Under the pieces are notes generated by a model. The model made no database searches. It was not told where the DNA came from and saw only the letters and a program-made list of their open reading frames with translations. This document shows positions 51,735-54,637 of a DNA stretch of 54,637 nt, one piece after another (within the stretch, counting starts at the first letter, position 1; each line of letters starts with the position of its first letter). Source of the stretch: Octopus sinensis (Eukaryota); assembly GCF_006345805.1 (NCBI RefSeq), contig NW_021833781.1:1-54637 (forward strand), read 5' to 3'. The translations under genes were made by a program, and so were the position numbers.

Positions 51735-52471
51735 CAGTCCCACCGAGGGTTCCAGTAAATCCAGTCAATGGAACAACCTGCTTGTGAAATGAACGTGCAA
51801 GTAGCAGAATACTCCACGGATACCTGTACCCTTAATGTAGTTCTTAGAGAGATTCAGCATGACACAGAATGTGACAAGGCTGACCCTTTGAAATTCAAGT
51901 TCAGCTCATTTTTGCCAGCTGAGCGGACTGGAGCAACGTGAAATAAAATATCTATTTCTTTACTACCCACAAGGGGCTAAACATAGAGGGGGCAAACAAG
52001 GACAGACAAAGGGATTTAGTCGATTACATCGACCCCAGTGCGTAACTGGTACTTATTTTAATCGACCCAAAAAGAGAGAAAGGTAAAGTTCCTCGGCGGA
52101 ATTGAAATCAGAACGTAGCGGCCAGACGAATACCTATTTCTTTATTACCCACAAGGGGCTAAACACAGAGGGGGCAAACAAGGACGGACAAATGGATTTA
52201 GTCGATTACATCGACCCTAGTACGTAACTGGTACTTATTTAATCGACCCCGAAAGGATGAAAGGCAAAGTGGACCTCGGCGGAATTTGAACTCACAACGT
52301 AGCGGCAGACGAAATACCGCTAAGCATTTCGCCCGGCATGCTAACGTTTCTGCCAGCTCGCCGCCTTAATGTGAAATAAAATATCTCGCTCAGTGACACA
52401 GCGCGTCATCAGGAATCGAACTCAAAACCTTACGATCGTGATCCGAATACCCTAACCACTTAGCCACACGC
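51735..52471 (-). mobile_element. SINE D head/CORE with family C tail, interrupted by a SINE B dimer (51954-52370)
   Basis: 16-bp TSD gtgaaataaaatatct at 51938-51953 and 52371-52386. Confidence 0.8.
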
Positions 52472-52834
52472 CTTCGCTTCAGTCCCTCAATGTTATATAT
52501 GGTGACACTGACTTTAAACATTTTGTTTTTTATGCAGATCGTGTCTACGTATTTCCTCTGCATTCCTTACGGCCGAACCAGCCAACCAACTAACCAAGTA
52601 ACCGGCCTACTCACCGACTAACCAGCCAGACGGCAAGACGGCCAGACAGCCAGACAGCTAGACAGCCGGACAGCCAGCCAACCAGCCTGTCGACCAGTCC
52701 AGATCAACAATTCGCTCTGATGTTGCCAGAGTTGTGTAAAGAGAAACCCAGCTGTATTTGCACGTTGTTTTATGGGTGCTAGGGTCCGACCATAGCCAAT
52801 TGAAACATAATAATGTTGCGTTAACTACTACTAC

Positions 52835-52836
52835 AC

Positions 52837-52868
<32 letters not shown>

Positions 52869-53175
52869 ACCACCACTACTACACCACCACTACCACCACC
52901 ACCACTACCACCGCCACCACCACCAACACCACCACCACCACCACCACCACCACTACAACCACCACCACTACCGCCGCCGCCACCACCACCACCACCACCA
53001 CCACTGCCACCACCACTACCACTACCACCACCACTACCACCACCACTACCACCACCACTACCACTACCACCACCACCACTACCACCGCCGCCACCGCCAC
53101 CACCACTACATCACTACCACGACGATCACCGCCGCCCTCACCACAACCACCACCATCACCACAACCTCTACTACT
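52835..53175. repeat. (CTA)n/(CAC)n trinucleotide tract
   Basis: Direct reading. Confidence 0.95.
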
Positions 53176-53419
53176 GCTGCTGCAACGGTGGAGTGGTGGC
53201 CATTCGATACACCCGCCTCTTCCTGAATCTGTCATGGCCCCTTTCAAACACAGACACTCTCTCTCCCTCTCATACCTTTTCGGGTTATCGACCTCCATCC
53301 ACATAGAGAGGAAGGCGATTCAGTAAGTTCCTTCCCCCACCTCAGGCCCCGCCTCACCAAGAAACATTCCATGTTCCTCTTTTAGTTTAAGAAGCGCAAG
53401 AGCACACAAATACGCCCAT

Positions 53420-53468
<49 letters not shown>

Positions 53469-53481
53469 TGTATGTTGGATG

Positions 53482-53549
<68 letters not shown>

Positions 53550-53844
53550 AATCTACCTATCTATCTATCTACAATGCAAGCTAACAAAATCGTTAGCATG
53601 TCGGACAAAAAATTTAGAGGTATTTCATTCGGCTATTCACGCTCAAATCCCGCCGATGTCAACTTTAGCTTTCATCTCTTCGGAGACGATAAAATAAAGC
53701 ATCACTCAAATACTGGAGCTGATGTAATCGTTTTGTCCCCTCGCCTCAAACCTGCCACAAGCCTTGAACCTTGTTCAAGGGTTCGGGGAGAATGTTGTGA
53801 TTTCGGACATTTTATATACATTGTAAACCGGATAGCTAGCCTTA

Positions 53845-54160
53845 GGAGGAGGAAGCACTCGGTCGGTTACGACGATGAGGGTTCCGGTTGATCCGAATCA
53901 ACGGAACAGCCTGCTCGTGAAATTACGTTAAGTGGCTGAGCACTCCACAGACACGTGTACTCTTAACGTAGTTCTCGGGATATTCAGCGTGACACAGAGA
54001 GTGACAAGGCCCGGCCTTTTGAAATACAGGTACAAAACAGAAACAGGAGTAAGATTGAGAGAATTGTGGTGAAAGAGTACAGCAGGGATCACCACCATCC
54101 CCTGCCGGAGCTTTGTGGAGCTTTAGGTGTTTTTGCTCAATAAACACTCACAACGCCCGG
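53845..54160 (-). mobile_element. 5'-truncated SINE family C
   Basis: 8-bp TSD tagcctta at 53837-53844 and 54161-54168. Confidence 0.85.
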
Positions 54161-54194
54161 TAGCCTTATGAGTCCTACGGCTCAAGGAAAATTA

Positions 54195-54228
<34 letters not shown>

Positions 54229-54235
54229 TGTTTGT

Positions 54236-54283
<48 letters not shown>

Positions 54284-54407
54284 TGTGTGTGTGTACATAG
54301 TCAATAAATCATAAGTCCGATAAAAAAGCACACTAAGTTATAGAGCAGTAGAAACCCAGAGTAACACCATAAAACGGAATATCTATCGTTATCTACCTAG
54401 CTATCTA

Positions 54408-54449
<42 letters not shown>

Positions 54450-54637
54450 TGGCCGTCCACTCGTGACCGAGGAAGTCCATTGCTGACCTTCAGGAACATT
54501 GTGCGCTCTAGGACTAACTTATATTATGCATTTGCGGCTCTGTTGGTGGCTAATGAGCCCTACTCTTGACAAACATACACGACTACGAACATTGCAAACC
54601 AATCTTTCCCCATTCACTACGCTAGCAGTGCGCTTTC

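Noticed and set aside
52758-53306. Poly-proline, formin/extensin-like ORF
   Set aside because: Translation of a (CAC)n/(CTA)n tract with no flanking domain or splice support.

Overview
AT-rich, extremely repeat-dense eukaryotic (metazoan) DNA. The SINE repertoire, the (AAT)n/(TATG)n/(TCTA)n load and the LINE types suggest an octopod cephalopod (inference, not proven). Most of the window is nested mobile DNA: at least four tRNA-headed SINE families (called A-D here, many with clear target-site duplications), decayed R4/Dong-like and Tx1/L1-like LINEs, four mariner remnants, Tc1/pogo-type MITEs, two non-autonomous Helitrons and a solo LTR. One convincing host coding segment is present: a ~2.19 kb minus-strand exon (5683-3493) with canonical splice sites, encoding an unrecognised low-complexity Pro/Gly/Gln- then Lys/Glu-rich protein with a novel GYNPVGG..SPK repeat and a probable 1-nt homopolymer frameshift. 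Most other long ORFs are microsatellite translations. The most notable observations are: a 550-bp element that occurs only inside (AAT)n tracts next to R4/Dong remnants; SINE concatemers with a fixed internal junction; SINE module shuffling; a ~130-bp-arm near-perfect hairpin; minimal hammerhead-ribozyme-like motifs; a filled/empty LTR site pair; a hairpin-rich TSD-flanked insert in a mariner; and a higher-order compound microsatellite. No CRISPR, rRNA or intact tRNA gene was seen. Noisy low-complexity tracts and abrupt junctions mean some structures could be assembly artefacts.
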